Part shown: one piece after another, positions 1 to 9,480 of the stretch
How positions within the stretch are numbered: the first letter of the stretch is position 1
How the letters are laid out: each line of letters starts with the position of its first letter
Origin: Candidatus Hydrogenedentota bacterium
GTDB taxonomy: Bacteria; Hydrogenedentota; Hydrogenedentia; Hydrogenedentales; JAEUWI01
Length of the DNA stretch: 49,650 nt
NCBI GenBank assembly: GCA_034669905.1
Contig: JAXMOL010000054.1
Location: 1-49,650 of the forward strand
Reading direction: 5' to 3'
Position numbers and translations under genes: made by a program
Notes under the pieces: generated by a model
What the model was told of the DNA's origin: nothing
The model's input: the letters and a program-made list of their open reading frames with translations, nothing else
Databases searched by the model: none

Positions 1-1
1 T

Positions 2-430
2 TGTGAAATCGCAGCGCCATGAATGGCTATGGACGTCTCGCGTCGTTGCCGTAGGTGCGGTGTCACTAACGGGCGTGGCTGTCCCGTCGTTTGCGGCGCA
101 GGCGGCGGGTCAACTTCGCCAACGACGGGACAGCCCCCGCCGTCTTCGTGTTGTGGGGTGGGGGCATCGCCTTGCTGGTCTATTCGTGACTGTTGGTTCA
201 TGAAGCCGCGGGGCGAGGCAGTCCCTGATGCACGACGTCGTCTACCCCCAGGGACCGTCTCGCCCCCTGTGAAATCGCAGCGCCGTGAATGGCTATGGAC
301 GTCTCGCGTCGTTGCCGTAGGTGCGGTGTCACTAACGGGCGTGGCTGTCCCGTCGTTTGGGGAGCTGGCGGCGGGTCATCTTCGCGAACGACGGGACAGC
401 CACCGCCGTCCTCGTGTTGCGGGGCTGGGG
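2..430. repeat. REP/REPIN-like array, family A (two tandem ~266-bp units, second truncated)
   Basis: Units start at 2 and 268 (TGTGAAATCGCAGCGCC). Hairpin A1 GCTGTCCCGTCGTT...AACGACGGGACAGC at 78-134 and 344-400. Hairpin A2 GGGGCGAGGCAGTCCCTG (210-227) / CAGGGACCGTCTCGCCCC (249-266). Same motifs flank the RAYT gene. Confidence 0.9.
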
Positions 431-443
431 TACCTTCCAGATT

Positions 444-1163
444 ATGGCGGATTACGGCCGTGACAAGCAGTTCGAACGGACGCCGTCCCGGCTGGTAGAG
501 GAATTGGAGATCCGGCCCGGTGGGGAATACAACGTAAACCTTCCGTTTCCGACACCCTGGTCACGATCTTTTCTCGTTCAGGATAGCGCCGGCAACCCAC
601 TCCCGGCCGTACGCATTCAACTCAATACGAGGGCCTTGGATGGTTTCGGTGGCGACAGTTACTCTGTGGATCAGACCGATTCTGAAGGGCGGGCGACGCT
701 GTCTTCACTGGATCCGGGCTACGAGATATCGGTTCGATTCCGCAAAGACGGGTATTTGCGGGCTGATACGGAATACCTTAGCGGCAAGCCTGGAGCAACT
801 CTTCCGATGGAAACGATCGTGCTCCAGCGGGTACCGGAAGCCGTGGCCACGCTTGTGGATGGGAACAATGTAGCTTTTGCGGACCGACAGGTAAAGGTAT
901 ACCTGTATGCCGACGGAGACCTGGGGCGCACGATCGATACATCAACGGATGGGCAGGGCAGGATTCGGCGGGATTCGCATATTCAAATTGCCGACTTGCT
1001 GCCAGATGCAGGCGAAATTTCCTTCGAACTGGAAATTGAAAACCCTCCTATGGAGGGACAGGACGGCGCCCTTTACCGCTCAGATCACCTGCTCCTTCCG
1101 GCAGATGAGACGGAGGACATGGGGACTATCGTGCTTAGGATAGTGGGGGCTGGAGCGGGATAA
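444..1163 (+). CDS. Carboxypeptidase-regulatory-like (beta-sandwich repeat) domain protein, probably 5'-truncated
   Basis: Motifs VQDSAGNPLPAVRI..TDSEGRATLSSL..FRKDGY and LVDGNNVAFADRQV..TDGQGR. The frame runs back into repeat A with no signal peptide or clear RBS. Confidence 0.6.
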   Translation: MADYGRDKQFERTPSRLVEELEIRPGGEYNVNLPFPTPWSRSFLVQDSAGNPLPAVRIQLNTRALDGFGGDSYSVDQTDSEGRATLSSLDPGYEISVRFRKDGYLRADTEYLSGKPGATLPMETIVLQRVPEAVATLVDGNNVAFADRQVKVYLYADGDLGRTIDTSTDGQGRIRRDSHIQIADLLPDAGEISFELEIENPPMEGQDGALYRSDHLLLPADETEDMGTIVLRIVGAGAG

Positions 1164-1222
1164 GTGTAGTTGGATACTGGGAAGAGCGGCTTGGTGGGTT
1201 GAGCTTAACACTTTGAAGAATC

Positions 1223-1312
1223 CGACCCGGCGCGCCAATCACGGGCAAGGGCTATCGCCCCTTGTCCGTGGCACCCGGCGGGGACGTGGTTGGCCTGGAA
1301 ACATCGGTAGGG
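1223..1312. repeat. Palindromic repeat family F (second copy ~2215-2310)
   Basis: Hairpin CACGGGCAAGGG-N-CCCTTGTCCGTG-GCACCC at 1240-1276. Diverged copy at 2232-2268 with similar flanks. Confidence 0.75.
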
Positions 1313-1359
1313 GCCCAAGTTTTTCCCTGTTTTCCCCAACCCTTCGCTCACGCCCTTTA

Positions 1360-1539
1360 CCATCCGTCCGGCGATTTCGGGACGTTTGTCGAAGATGTTG
1401 GTGGCCTGTTTCGGGTCTTTTTCCAGGTCGTAGAGCTCGAAGATGCCACGCGCGTAGTCCGGTGAAACGAGCTTGAACTTGTTGTCCATATGCGCCGCCC
1501 GGACCGTATGGGCTCTTTGGCGGAAAGTACCCGTGACTC
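1360..1539 (-). pseudogene. Remnant of a sulfatase-family C-terminus
   Basis: DNKFKLV...FELYDLEKDPKQATNI..RPEIAGRM resembles the YKL..ELYDL..DP.E..NL sulfatase tail. It is bounded on both sides by repeats and has no N-terminal part. Confidence 0.65.
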
Positions 1540-1947
1540 TGGGCTTGTTTAGCGCCGCCCTTGGAGAAGTGAATTCCGGTGGCCGAAGGTGCGCCCAAGT
1601 GGGTTGGCCTTCCAGGCTGACATGAGGCGACCGCGATTTACGATTTAGCGCGGGGTTGTGGAACGGCCGCTACCTAATTCCAGGGGGCTACTCATGGCAT
1701 TTCCGCTCCACTGGAGGGTTTGAGCTAGCGACGTGACAGGCTGGAAGCCTATCCCACTTTGGCCGCTGTGGGTACCGTCGCGTATCACCGATTTGGACGG
1801 ACCTTATTGGTGTACAATCGTGTCCATTCGTGGTACCAAGTCTCTGGTTGCGGCTATAGCAGCGATGGGCTTGTTTAGCGCCGCCCTTGGAGAAGTGAAT
1901 TCCGGTGGCCGAAGGTGCGCCAAAGTGGGTTGGCCTTCCAGGCTGAC
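1540..1947. repeat. 82-bp direct repeat (1540-1621 and 1866-1947)
   Basis: TGGGCTTGTTTAGCGCCGCCCTTGGAGAAGTGAATTCCGGTGGCCGAAGGTGCGCC...TTCCAGGCTGAC occurs twice with one mismatch. Confidence 0.9.
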
Positions 1948-2106
1948 GTAAGGGGATCGCGCAATAACACATAGCGTGAAGTCGTGAAAACCTGCCCATA
2001 GATTTCCAAGGCGCTACCCACGGCGTCTCGTCCCATGGGGCGTTTTTGGGCGGTCGACATGACAGGCTGGAAGCCTATCCCACTTTGGTCGCTGTGGGTA
2101 CCGTCG
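1734..2106. repeat. 47-bp direct repeat with REP-like core (1734-1780 and 2060-2106), family G
   Basis: TGACAGGCTGGAAGCCTATCCCACTTTGGYCGCTGTGGGTACCGTCG occurs twice. AGGCT-GGA-AGCCT forms a mini-hairpin. Confidence 0.85.
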
Positions 2107-2446
2107 AGTTTCACCTGAATGGACGAAAAATCGAAATTGTAAAATGGCCAAATAGCGACAAGAACCTGTTTTCAGGCGCCACATGGTGGGGTGATTTCAA
2201 CGCGCTGAAAGCGGCGGCCCGACGCGCCCTTCACGGGCAAGGACTATCGCCCTTTGTTCGTGGCACCCGACGTGGGCGGGATTGGCCTTGGAATATTGGT
2301 GGTGGTCCAGGCGCCTTTCGGGATTTCACGTTCCCCCTGCTCCATTCACTCCAAGTTCCGGCTCGACATCGGGGGGCGAACTTGCCACAATGGCTTTCGG
2401 AATTCGCACGTGTTGATGTTGGTTCGCAATCGTGAGGAGTGAAAAC

Positions 2447-3769
2447 ATGGACCGGAGAACGTTCTTAGGTCGATCTGCCGCCGCGGGGATAGTATCTGCG
2501 CTCCACCCCCTGGCCCTTGCTGCCGCAGAAAAAGCCCCGGCGAGTGAACGGTTACAGGTCGGCGTGATGGGTGCCGGGGGCCGCGCGGGGCGATTGCTCC
2601 AGACCTTTTCGGAGAGTCCCTATGCGGATGTGGTGGCGATCGCGGATGTGGATAGCCGACGGATTCCGAAGGCGGTGGCGGCGGTGGAGGAGCGTCAGGG
2701 CACCAAGCCGTGGACTACGGGCGATTTTCGCCGGATGATCGACGACCCGAAAATCGACGCGCTGGTCATCGGGACGCCGGACCACTGGCATGCTATCCCC
2801 ACGATCATGGCCTGTCTTGCGGGTAAGGATGTCTACGTCGAAAAGCCCGATGGCCACAATATGGTGGAGGGGCAGCGCATGGTGGCCGCCATGCGAAAGC
2901 ACAAGCGCATCGTCCAGATGGGTTCCCAGCATCGCTCCACCGAGCGCCTGCAATCGGCCATGGAATACGTCAAGGGCGGCGCGCTGGGGCGCTGTCTTGT
3001 GGCGAAGGCCTGGGAAAGCACGCCCCAACGTTCCATTGGCCACCTACCCGATGAAGCGCCTCCCGAAGGGGTCGACTATGACATGTGGCTGGGTGCCGCC
3101 CCAAAGCGGCCCTTTAATCCCCGCCGCTTTCATGGCAACTGGCGGTGGTTCTACGATTACGGCACGGGCGACCTCGGCAACGATGGCGTGCACCGGCTCG
3201 ACATGGCGGTCGCCCTCTTGCAGGCGGCCTGCGAGGCCCAGGGCGACGACGCGCTTGGTCTGCCCCGGAAGATTAACGCCAATGGCGGCAAGTGGTATTT
3301 CGACGATATGCAGGAGTGTCCCGACACCCTCCAGGTCAATTACGAATATGGCGGCACGTCGCCCAAGTTGCTGACCTATGAAATGCGGCTTTGGGCACCC
3401 TATCCCATGAACGGCCTGGGCGAAGGGGCCGCCGTGTATGGGGACAAGGGCTACATCGAAATCGGCAACAGCGGGTGGCGCGCCTTTGCGGGGCGGGAGC
3501 AGGTCCGGATTGAGGGCGGAGATAGCCACGCGGGGCCCCACGTGCAGGATTTCATCGATTGCGTGAAGACGCGCAACAAGCCCTATTGTGATTTGGAAAC
3601 GGTGGGCCATCCGGCGTCGGTGCTATGTCACGCGGGCAATATTTCCGCCCGCCTCGGCCGGTCGTTGGTGTTGGATGCCACGTCGGAGACCTTCGTCGGC
3701 GACGAGGAGGCCAACGGGTTGCGGACGCGTGCCGCCTATCGAAAACCGTGGACCTTGCCCGACGTGTAG
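2447..3769 (+). CDS. Gfo/Idh/MocA-family oxidoreductase, Tat-exported
   Basis: DRRTFL twin-arginine signal, VGVMGAGGRA NAD-binding motif, TPDHWH, DVYVEKP, GDLGNDGVH. RBS GAGGAG at 2434. Confidence 0.95.
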   Translation: MDRRTFLGRSAAAGIVSALHPLALAAAEKAPASERLQVGVMGAGGRAGRLLQTFSESPYADVVAIADVDSRRIPKAVAAVEERQGTKPWTTGDFRRMIDDPKIDALVIGTPDHWHAIPTIMACLAGKDVYVEKPDGHNMVEGQRMVAAMRKHKRIVQMGSQHRSTERLQSAMEYVKGGALGRCLVAKAWESTPQRSIGHLPDEAPPEGVDYDMWLGAAPKRPFNPRRFHGNWRWFYDYGTGDLGNDGVHRLDMAVALLQAACEAQGDDALGLPRKINANGGKWYFDDMQECPDTLQVNYEYGGTSPKLLTYEMRLWAPYPMNGLGEGAAVYGDKGYIEIGNSGWRAFAGREQVRIEGGDSHAGPHVQDFIDCVKTRNKPYCDLETVGHPASVLCHAGNISARLGRSLVLDATSETFVGDEEANGLRTRAAYRKPWTLPDV

Positions 3770-3853
3770 TGTGGCGCGTCGAACAATACTTCGGACAGGC
3801 TGGCGCAGACGCCGGGCACGGCAGAATCGCCTTTCGGCCTCGCTCGGGCGGCA

Positions 3854-3862
3854 TGCTATAGT
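3854..3862 (+). promoter_or_regulatory. Extended -10 promoter (TGcTATAGT) of the PL2-like gene, duplicated at 11627-11635
   Basis: TGnTATAGT about 50 nt upstream of the ATG, conserved in both gene copies. Confidence 0.55.
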
Positions 3863-3912
3863 GCCGGGAATTGTCTGACCGAACTACGTCCGCCCGAAAT
3901 GGAGGAATTGCC

Positions 3913-5481
3913 ATGCTTGCTGGCCTGAAAATAATACCCATGGTGTTGTGTGCGCTGCTGGCACCCCTTACCGCCTGCGCGGCGGGGGATTCCTACCTAA
4001 CACAGGCCCAGGCCTACGCCGATACCATGTTGGACGTTGGCCGCGATCACTATGGCTCCACGTCGTCTCCTGATTTTGCGACGACCATCGATCTCCGCAC
4101 CATGCGCATGCCCTTGGAATCCACCGAGGCCACGATAGAACTCCATGCGGAATACTTTCGTTCGGATGACTACGCCACGTCGTCCAATCCCATGTATCAC
4201 ATCGACCTCTACCAACTGCTCTTCGCCCTGTCGGCCATCACCGGGAACGAGAAATACCGCGCGGCGGGAGAGCAGTCTATCCAGTGGTTTTTTGAGAACG
4301 CCCAGAGCGAAAAGACGGGGCTGCTATCGTGGGGCGAGCATATGGGGTGGGACCTCGTTAAGGACGACTACACCGTGGGCGGCGTCCGGGGGGACGGCAA
4401 GTTCAGCCGATCCGATACCCACGAGTTTTACGGGCCCTGGCTCCATTGGGACCGGACCTGGGCGGTGGCGTCCACCCCGGCGCGGGACTTTGCCACGGGG
4501 CTGTGGGAACATCAGATCGGGGACCACGACACGGGAGAATTTTCACGCCACGCCAGGTACAGCAGCCACGGCCCGGGAAAGGGCTATGAGTTCGCCCGTC
4601 AGGTGGGCTTCTACCTCGACACGTGGGCCGCGGCCTATGCCCATGATGGTAGCGACGATTCCCTGGAGGCCATTCGTCGGATGACCCGCGCGGTCGATGC
4701 CTGGCGGAGCGAGGGAAGCCGCCTCATTCCTTTCGAGGGTAAGTCGCCCCAGGTGGCCTTCGTGCTGCACAACCTGGCCTTTACGGTGGATGGGTGGCGC
4801 GCGGCGCAGCGCTTGCCGGAACGGGAGAAAAAGACCTTGGAGGCGCTGATTCATTCTGTGGACGACGCGATACTCGCCTTGAAGCAGGACCTCACCCCGG
4901 AGGGCGAAGGATTTGCCAAGATTGTGGACTCTAAGACGGGCGCCGTTTCCAACGCGGCCATGTTTGAGGCCCGGCCCCAATACACGGCGGCGCAAATCAA
5001 TCAACGCTATTGGCCGTGGGGCGGGCTGTGGGCTTCCGAATACGGCGCGGGTTCCTATACCGACGCCCGCCATGCTCTGCTTTGTTTCTATCGCTGGCGG
5101 CAGACGAAGAAAGAAGGTTACAAAGCCCTTGTCCTGAATACGGCGGACCGCTACCTCACCAGTATGCCCGACACCACGAAACTGCCCCTGGCACCGAAGA
5201 CCCTCGCTCCCGTTATGGGGCTGCTCCACGGGGCCTATCGTATTTCCGGCGAGGACAAATACCTCACAAAGTCGGCCGAACTGGCAGAACTGGCGCGGGC
5301 GGAATTGTTCCTCGACGGCAAAGCCCTTCCCCTGGCAACGCAGTTCGGAGACAGGTATCCCTACTATGCGGCGGTGAGCTACGGTGATTCCCTCATGCTC
5401 ATGTTCTTCGAACTGGGCCTGCTTCGGGAGGGCCGACGGAGCGATGTGGAACACCTCGATATAGGCTGCTCCATACGCTAA
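3913..5481 (+). CDS. Secreted polysaccharide lyase family 2-like (periplasmic pectate lyase-like alpha/alpha barrel) protein, copy 1
   Basis: Signal peptide; RBS GGAGG at 3901. Motifs YADTML..GRDHYG, SN....LY..L..LS.ITG..KY, GLLSWGEH, HEF, LWEHQI.D...EFSRH resemble PL2 lyases (recalled similarity, not searched). Confidence 0.7.
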   Translation: MLAGLKIIPMVLCALLAPLTACAAGDSYLTQAQAYADTMLDVGRDHYGSTSSPDFATTIDLRTMRMPLESTEATIELHAEYFRSDDYATSSNPMYHIDLYQLLFALSAITGNEKYRAAGEQSIQWFFENAQSEKTGLLSWGEHMGWDLVKDDYTVGGVRGDGKFSRSDTHEFYGPWLHWDRTWAVASTPARDFATGLWEHQIGDHDTGEFSRHARYSSHGPGKGYEFARQVGFYLDTWAAAYAHDGSDDSLEAIRRMTRAVDAWRSEGSRLIPFEGKSPQVAFVLHNLAFTVDGWRAAQRLPEREKKTLEALIHSVDDAILALKQDLTPEGEGFAKIVDSKTGAVSNAAMFEARPQYTAAQINQRYWPWGGLWASEYGAGSYTDARHALLCFYRWRQTKKEGYKALVLNTADRYLTSMPDTTKLPLAPKTLAPVMGLLHGAYRISGEDKYLTKSAELAELARAELFLDGKALPLATQFGDRYPYYAAVSYGDSLMLMFFELGLLREGRRSDVEHLDIGCSIR

Positions 5482-5528
5482 GGGGGGAGTGGCAGTCGCT
5501 GATGGGGGACCTGCTACCCCCGCTGCCC

Positions 5529-7061
5529 TCATCCATTCACCCGTTTCACCCGCGCTTTAGCGGTGCGGCCATCGAGGCCGAGGCGACGGCCTGTTTCCTG
5601 GTAGGTGCCGGTTTCGGCGTAGACCTGGGCGCAGTAGCGGTCGAGTAGTTCCTCCGCCGTCAGCGCTCCACAGCGTACCGCTTCGGCGAGGGAATCGCGT
5701 TCATCGGTGCAAGGGGTGGCGGGGGGTGTGTAGTGTTTGCGGACGAGCAGGTTGCGCACGCATTGCTCCAATTCGCGGATGTTGCCCGGCCAGGGGTAGT
5801 TGAGACCCAGGTGATCGAGTATCCATTGCTCCGCTTCGGCGGCGAGGCTCGGCGCCTCTGCTTCACCCGCCACATTGCGACAGACGAAGAGCAGGAGATT
5901 GTGGAGGTGATCGGGCGACTCGCGAATCTGGTCCCGTAGGGAGGGCGTGACGATGAGATCGGAGCAAAGCCGGTAGTAGAGATCCGTCCGAAAGTTTCCG
6001 CAGGCGATTTCGGCGGCGAGATCGCGGTTGGTAGCCGCAATAATCTTTCCTTCAAAGCGTCGTGAGGCCGTGTCTCCCAGGGGCTGGAAACTGCGTGTCT
6101 GCAACACGCGCAACAGCTTCACCTGAATGGCCGGGGCAATTTCACCGATCTCGTCGAGAAAAATGGTGCCCTGGGGTGGGCAGACTTCAAACCACCCCTT
6201 GCGGTCTGCGATTGCGCCGGTGAAGGCCCCCTTACGATGACCGAAGAGCTCGGATTCGATGAGGGTCGGGGAGAGGGCGGAGAGGTTGAGGGGATACATG
6301 GCCGAGGCGAAGTGGCCCTCGAAGCGCAGGCTTTTCGCATTGAAGGGGATGTATCGCGCGTGGCCGATGGCCTGGGCCACGAGTTCTTTACCCGTGCCGG
6401 ACGGCCCCGCGATGAGGGTCGCAATGTCGCCCATGCGTTGATAGAGGGCCCGGCGGTAGCGCTGCACATCGTGGGTGAAGATGGACTCCCACACGGCGGC
6501 GCGGAAGCGGGCGGCGGCCATGGAGCCGCCAATGATGTTTTCGTGGATGAAGTGAAAGGCGCGCCGCACCTGGAAGAGGCAGGCGAAGAGGTGGGCGGGT
6601 TGCTCCAGGCTGTCGAAGGTGTAGCCGGGCAGGGCCAGGTAGTGTTTCAGGTCGTCCAGAAATGCGCGGTAGAAGGGCGCATGAATTTCGGACCGGGGCG
6701 GCTTGGCGGCTTCCACCCCCTCGAGAATAAGGGATTGAAGGGCCGTGTGGTGCCGGTTATAGAGGAGGTAGAGCACCACGTTTTCATAGACGAAACACAC
6801 GTCGGAGTCGGCGGTGGTCTCTCCGCTCACTTCGCCGCGCAGTTTATCCGCCAGCAGTTGGGAGCGCGCCGTCATGAGGTCGATGTTGGGGGGCGTGCCG
6901 ATGGCGTCAAAGCGCTTGTGCCAGGCGGCATCGGTCCAGATGAAGGCCGCTTGAAGTACTTCCCGCTCCAGACGGATGCGTTCCGGCTCGAAGGGATTGC
7001 AGTAGTTGAGCCGGGAAATGGCCCGTGCGGATACCCACTCGTCGGTGCTGAGTGCCGTCAT
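5529..7061 (-). CDS. Sigma54-dependent transcriptional activator (bEBP) with an unrecognised ~170-aa N-terminal domain
   Basis: Walker A GPSGTGKE, ESELFGHRKGAFTGA, Walker B IFLDEIGE, QVKLLRVLQ, FRTDLYYRL, WPGNIRELEQ, C-terminal HTH. No receiver-domain motif. Confidence 0.95.
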   Translation of the reverse strand: MTALSTDEWVSARAISRLNYCNPFEPERIRLEREVLQAAFIWTDAAWHKRFDAIGTPPNIDLMTARSQLLADKLRGEVSGETTADSDVCFVYENVVLYLLYNRHHTALQSLILEGVEAAKPPRSEIHAPFYRAFLDDLKHYLALPGYTFDSLEQPAHLFACLFQVRRAFHFIHENIIGGSMAAARFRAAVWESIFTHDVQRYRRALYQRMGDIATLIAGPSGTGKELVAQAIGHARYIPFNAKSLRFEGHFASAMYPLNLSALSPTLIESELFGHRKGAFTGAIADRKGWFEVCPPQGTIFLDEIGEIAPAIQVKLLRVLQTRSFQPLGDTASRRFEGKIIAATNRDLAAEIACGNFRTDLYYRLCSDLIVTPSLRDQIRESPDHLHNLLLFVCRNVAGEAEAPSLAAEAEQWILDHLGLNYPWPGNIRELEQCVRNLLVRKHYTPPATPCTDERDSLAEAVRCGALTAEELLDRYCAQVYAETGTYQETGRRLGLDGRTAKARVKRVNG

Positions 7062-7085
7062 ATGTCGTCTCCCTGGTAGGCATAC

Positions 7086-7115
7086 AGTGTATAGGGGGTT
7101 ATCATAAAATGTCTA
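7086..7115 (-). promoter_or_regulatory. Putative sigma70 promoter of the activator gene
   Basis: Minus strand TAGACA-N18-TACACT in the AT-rich divergent intergenic region. Confidence 0.45.
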
Positions 7116-7201
7116 TGGGGTGGTGCGTATATTCAGCGAATCTTAAGACGTTGTTATTGTAAGTAGCAGGGGATAAACCAGTTAAGGTTGTTCGCCCGAG
7201 C

Positions 7202-7216
7202 TGGCACCTACCTTGC
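7202..7216 (+). promoter_or_regulatory. Sigma54 -24/-12 promoter
   Basis: TGGCAC-CTACC-TTGC matches TGGCAC-N5-TTGC exactly. It lies 65 nt upstream of the VIT gene and divergent from a bEBP. Confidence 0.9.
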
Positions 7217-7281
7217 GTTAGGTTACCTGCGTGATGACACGCGGATTGAGGAAACGGAACAAACCTAACGGAGATAGTACG

Positions 7282-9399
7282 ATGAAAACCTTACGATGGA
7301 ATGGGATGGGGATGGCCGGGCTGCTTGCGCTGGTGGCGGCCCTGATGACGGGAAATATGGCCCACGGCGCGGGGATGCTGGTGGCCGATGGGGGCTTTGG
7401 CGGTGCCCTGGAAATCAAGGAGCACCGGGTGCGGGTGACCATCAACAACGGCATCGCGGTCACCCGGGTGAGTCAGGTATTTCAAAATATGGAGAACCGC
7501 CAGGTGGAGGCCCTCTACACCTTCCCCGTGCCGGCAAAAGCGTCGGTGGCGAATTTCAGCATGTGGATCGGGGGCAAAGAGGTGGTGGGGGAAGTGGTGG
7601 AGAAAGAACGGGCTCGGCAGATTTACGACAGCTACAAACAGCAGCGGCGGGACCCGGGCTTGCTGGAGCAGGTGGACTTCAAGACCTTCGAGATGCGGAT
7701 ATTCCCCATCGCGGCGCTGGCGGAACAGCGGGTGGAGGTCGCCTACTACCAGGAACTGGATTTCGACCATGATTGGGCCACCTATGTCTATCCCCTGGCC
7801 ACCACGGCGGTGCAGGGCATGGACTCGCGGGTAGAGGGGACCTTCGGCCTCAACCTGGAGGTCAAATCGGAGGTGCCCATTGTGGCTATGGAGAGCCCGA
7901 GTCACGGCGAAGACTTCTCCATCGCGGGCCATTCGGAAACCTATTATGAGGCGAGTCTGGAAAGCCCCTCGGGCAGTCTCGCCCGCGACATTGTCCTGGC
8001 CTATCACGTCTCCCGACCCCACACGGGGCTGGACCTTATCACGGCGAAGACGGGACAGGAGGACGGCTATTTCTACCTGACCCTGACGCCCGGCGAAGAG
8101 TTGGATAGGGATGCGGCGGGGATGGATTATGTGTTCATTCTCGATATCTCGGGCAGCATGGGCGCCGACGGCAAACTGCAGGTATCCAGTGATTCCGTAT
8201 CGGCCTTTGTGAATACGCTGGGGAAGGAAGATCGCTTTGAGGTGATGACCTTCAACAACCAGGCCACGACCCACTTTAACGCGCTGCAAGCAGTGACACC
8301 GGAGAATCAGGCGGATGCCTCCCAGTTTATTGAATCCCAGCGGGCCCGTGGAGGCACGGTGCTTCAGTCGGCATTGCGCGCGGCCTATAACTATGTGGAC
8401 ACGGAAGGGGATCGCACGCTGAACCTGGTCATCCTCAGTGATGGCCTTACGCAGGGCGATGACCGCCGTGCCTTGCTGGAAGTATCGGCCACACGCCCGA
8501 AGAACGCCCGGGTTTTCTGTGTGGGCGTGGGCAACGAAGTGAACAAGCCCCTCCTCACGCAGTTGGCCGAAGAGGCCGGCGGCCTGGCGGCCTTCATCTC
8601 CCGGGGCGATGATTTCGAGCGGCAGGCCCAGGCCTTTCGCCGGAAACTGGCCCGTCCCATTGCCACCAACCTCCAGCTCGCTTTCGACGGTGTGGAAGTG
8701 TACGACGTGGTGCCTACCCAGTTGCCCAATCTCTACCACGGGATGCCCGTGCGGGTCTATGGCCGTTACCAGGGCGATGGTCCGGTTACGGTGACCATTG
8801 ATGCGGATGTCGAAGGTCGGGACCTGAAACAGGCGGTGGACTTTGCGTTTCCCCGCAACGACGAAGGCAACCCGGAGATTGAGCGTATGTGGGCCCTGGA
8901 GATGGTGAGCGCCCTGGAAAAGGAACCGGGCAATACGGCGGTGGACGAGATCATTCGCCTGGGTGAAGGCTACTCCATCGTGACGGAATACACGTCCTTC
9001 CTGGTCTTGGAAAATGACGCCGAGTACAAGCGGTGGAAGATTGAGCGAAAGAATGCATTGCGCCTGGGGCGGGACCGCAAGGCCCAAGCGGCCCTCCGTG
9101 AAGAATTGGATAGCGTGCGGCTGGAAGTGTCCAGCAACCTCGGTCCGGCGGGTGCAGAGAAACTGGCCAAGGCCGAGCCCCCGGTTGTGGCGCCCACCGG
9201 GCCGGACGCCACGCCCACGGCAACACCCACGGCGGCCCGTCGCAACAATCCGAGTCCGGCCCCCCGCCAGAACAATTCCTCGCGGGACGTCAGTTTCCGG
9301 ATGCCGCGCGTCGGTGGTGGCGGGGCGATTGACCCCCTCTCTGGGGTCATGGTGCTGGGACTGGGTACCCTGGCCTGGGCACGCCGCCGCCGCTCCTAG
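7282..9399 (+). CDS. VIT (vault inter-alpha-trypsin) and vWA domain protein with C-terminal GlyGly-CTERM sorting signal
   Basis: Signal peptide. VIT motifs (VTRVSQVFQN..EALYTFPVP..ASVANFSMWIGG, DPGLLE). vWA MIDAS DISGS plus ILSDG. Pro/Thr/Ala linker, then GGGGAIDP-hydrophobic-RRRRS. Confidence 0.93.
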   Translation: MKTLRWNGMGMAGLLALVAALMTGNMAHGAGMLVADGGFGGALEIKEHRVRVTINNGIAVTRVSQVFQNMENRQVEALYTFPVPAKASVANFSMWIGGKEVVGEVVEKERARQIYDSYKQQRRDPGLLEQVDFKTFEMRIFPIAALAEQRVEVAYYQELDFDHDWATYVYPLATTAVQGMDSRVEGTFGLNLEVKSEVPIVAMESPSHGEDFSIAGHSETYYEASLESPSGSLARDIVLAYHVSRPHTGLDLITAKTGQEDGYFYLTLTPGEELDRDAAGMDYVFILDISGSMGADGKLQVSSDSVSAFVNTLGKEDRFEVMTFNNQATTHFNALQAVTPENQADASQFIESQRARGGTVLQSALRAAYNYVDTEGDRTLNLVILSDGLTQGDDRRALLEVSATRPKNARVFCVGVGNEVNKPLLTQLAEEAGGLAAFISRGDDFERQAQAFRRKLARPIATNLQLAFDGVEVYDVVPTQLPNLYHGMPVRVYGRYQGDGPVTVTIDADVEGRDLKQAVDFAFPRNDEGNPEIERMWALEMVSALEKEPGNTAVDEIIRLGEGYSIVTEYTSFLVLENDAEYKRWKIERKNALRLGRDRKAQAALREELDSVRLEVSSNLGPAGAEKLAKAEPPVVAPTGPDATPTATPTAARRNNPSPAPRQNNSSRDVSFRMPRVGGGGAIDPLSGVMVLGLGTLAWARRRRS

Positions 9400-9408
9400 G
9401 ATAATCGC

Positions 9409-9450
9409 CGGGGTGGGTTGGCAGGTCCGAAAGGACGCCGACCCACCCCG
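9409..9450 (+). other. Strong intercistronic stem-loop between the VIT gene and rhombosortase
   Basis: CGGGGTGGGTTGGC-ag-GTCC-GAAA-GGAC-GCCGACCCACCCCG with no U-tract. Confidence 0.6.
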
Positions 9451-9480
9451 CCTTGCCACAAACACCGAAAGGAATTCATC

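Noticed and set aside
3..498. Short ORFs within family A repeats (also at 10065-10486, 11132-11848, 13280-14307)
   Set aside because: They are translations of palindromic repeat DNA in several frames with no consistent start, stop or RBS.
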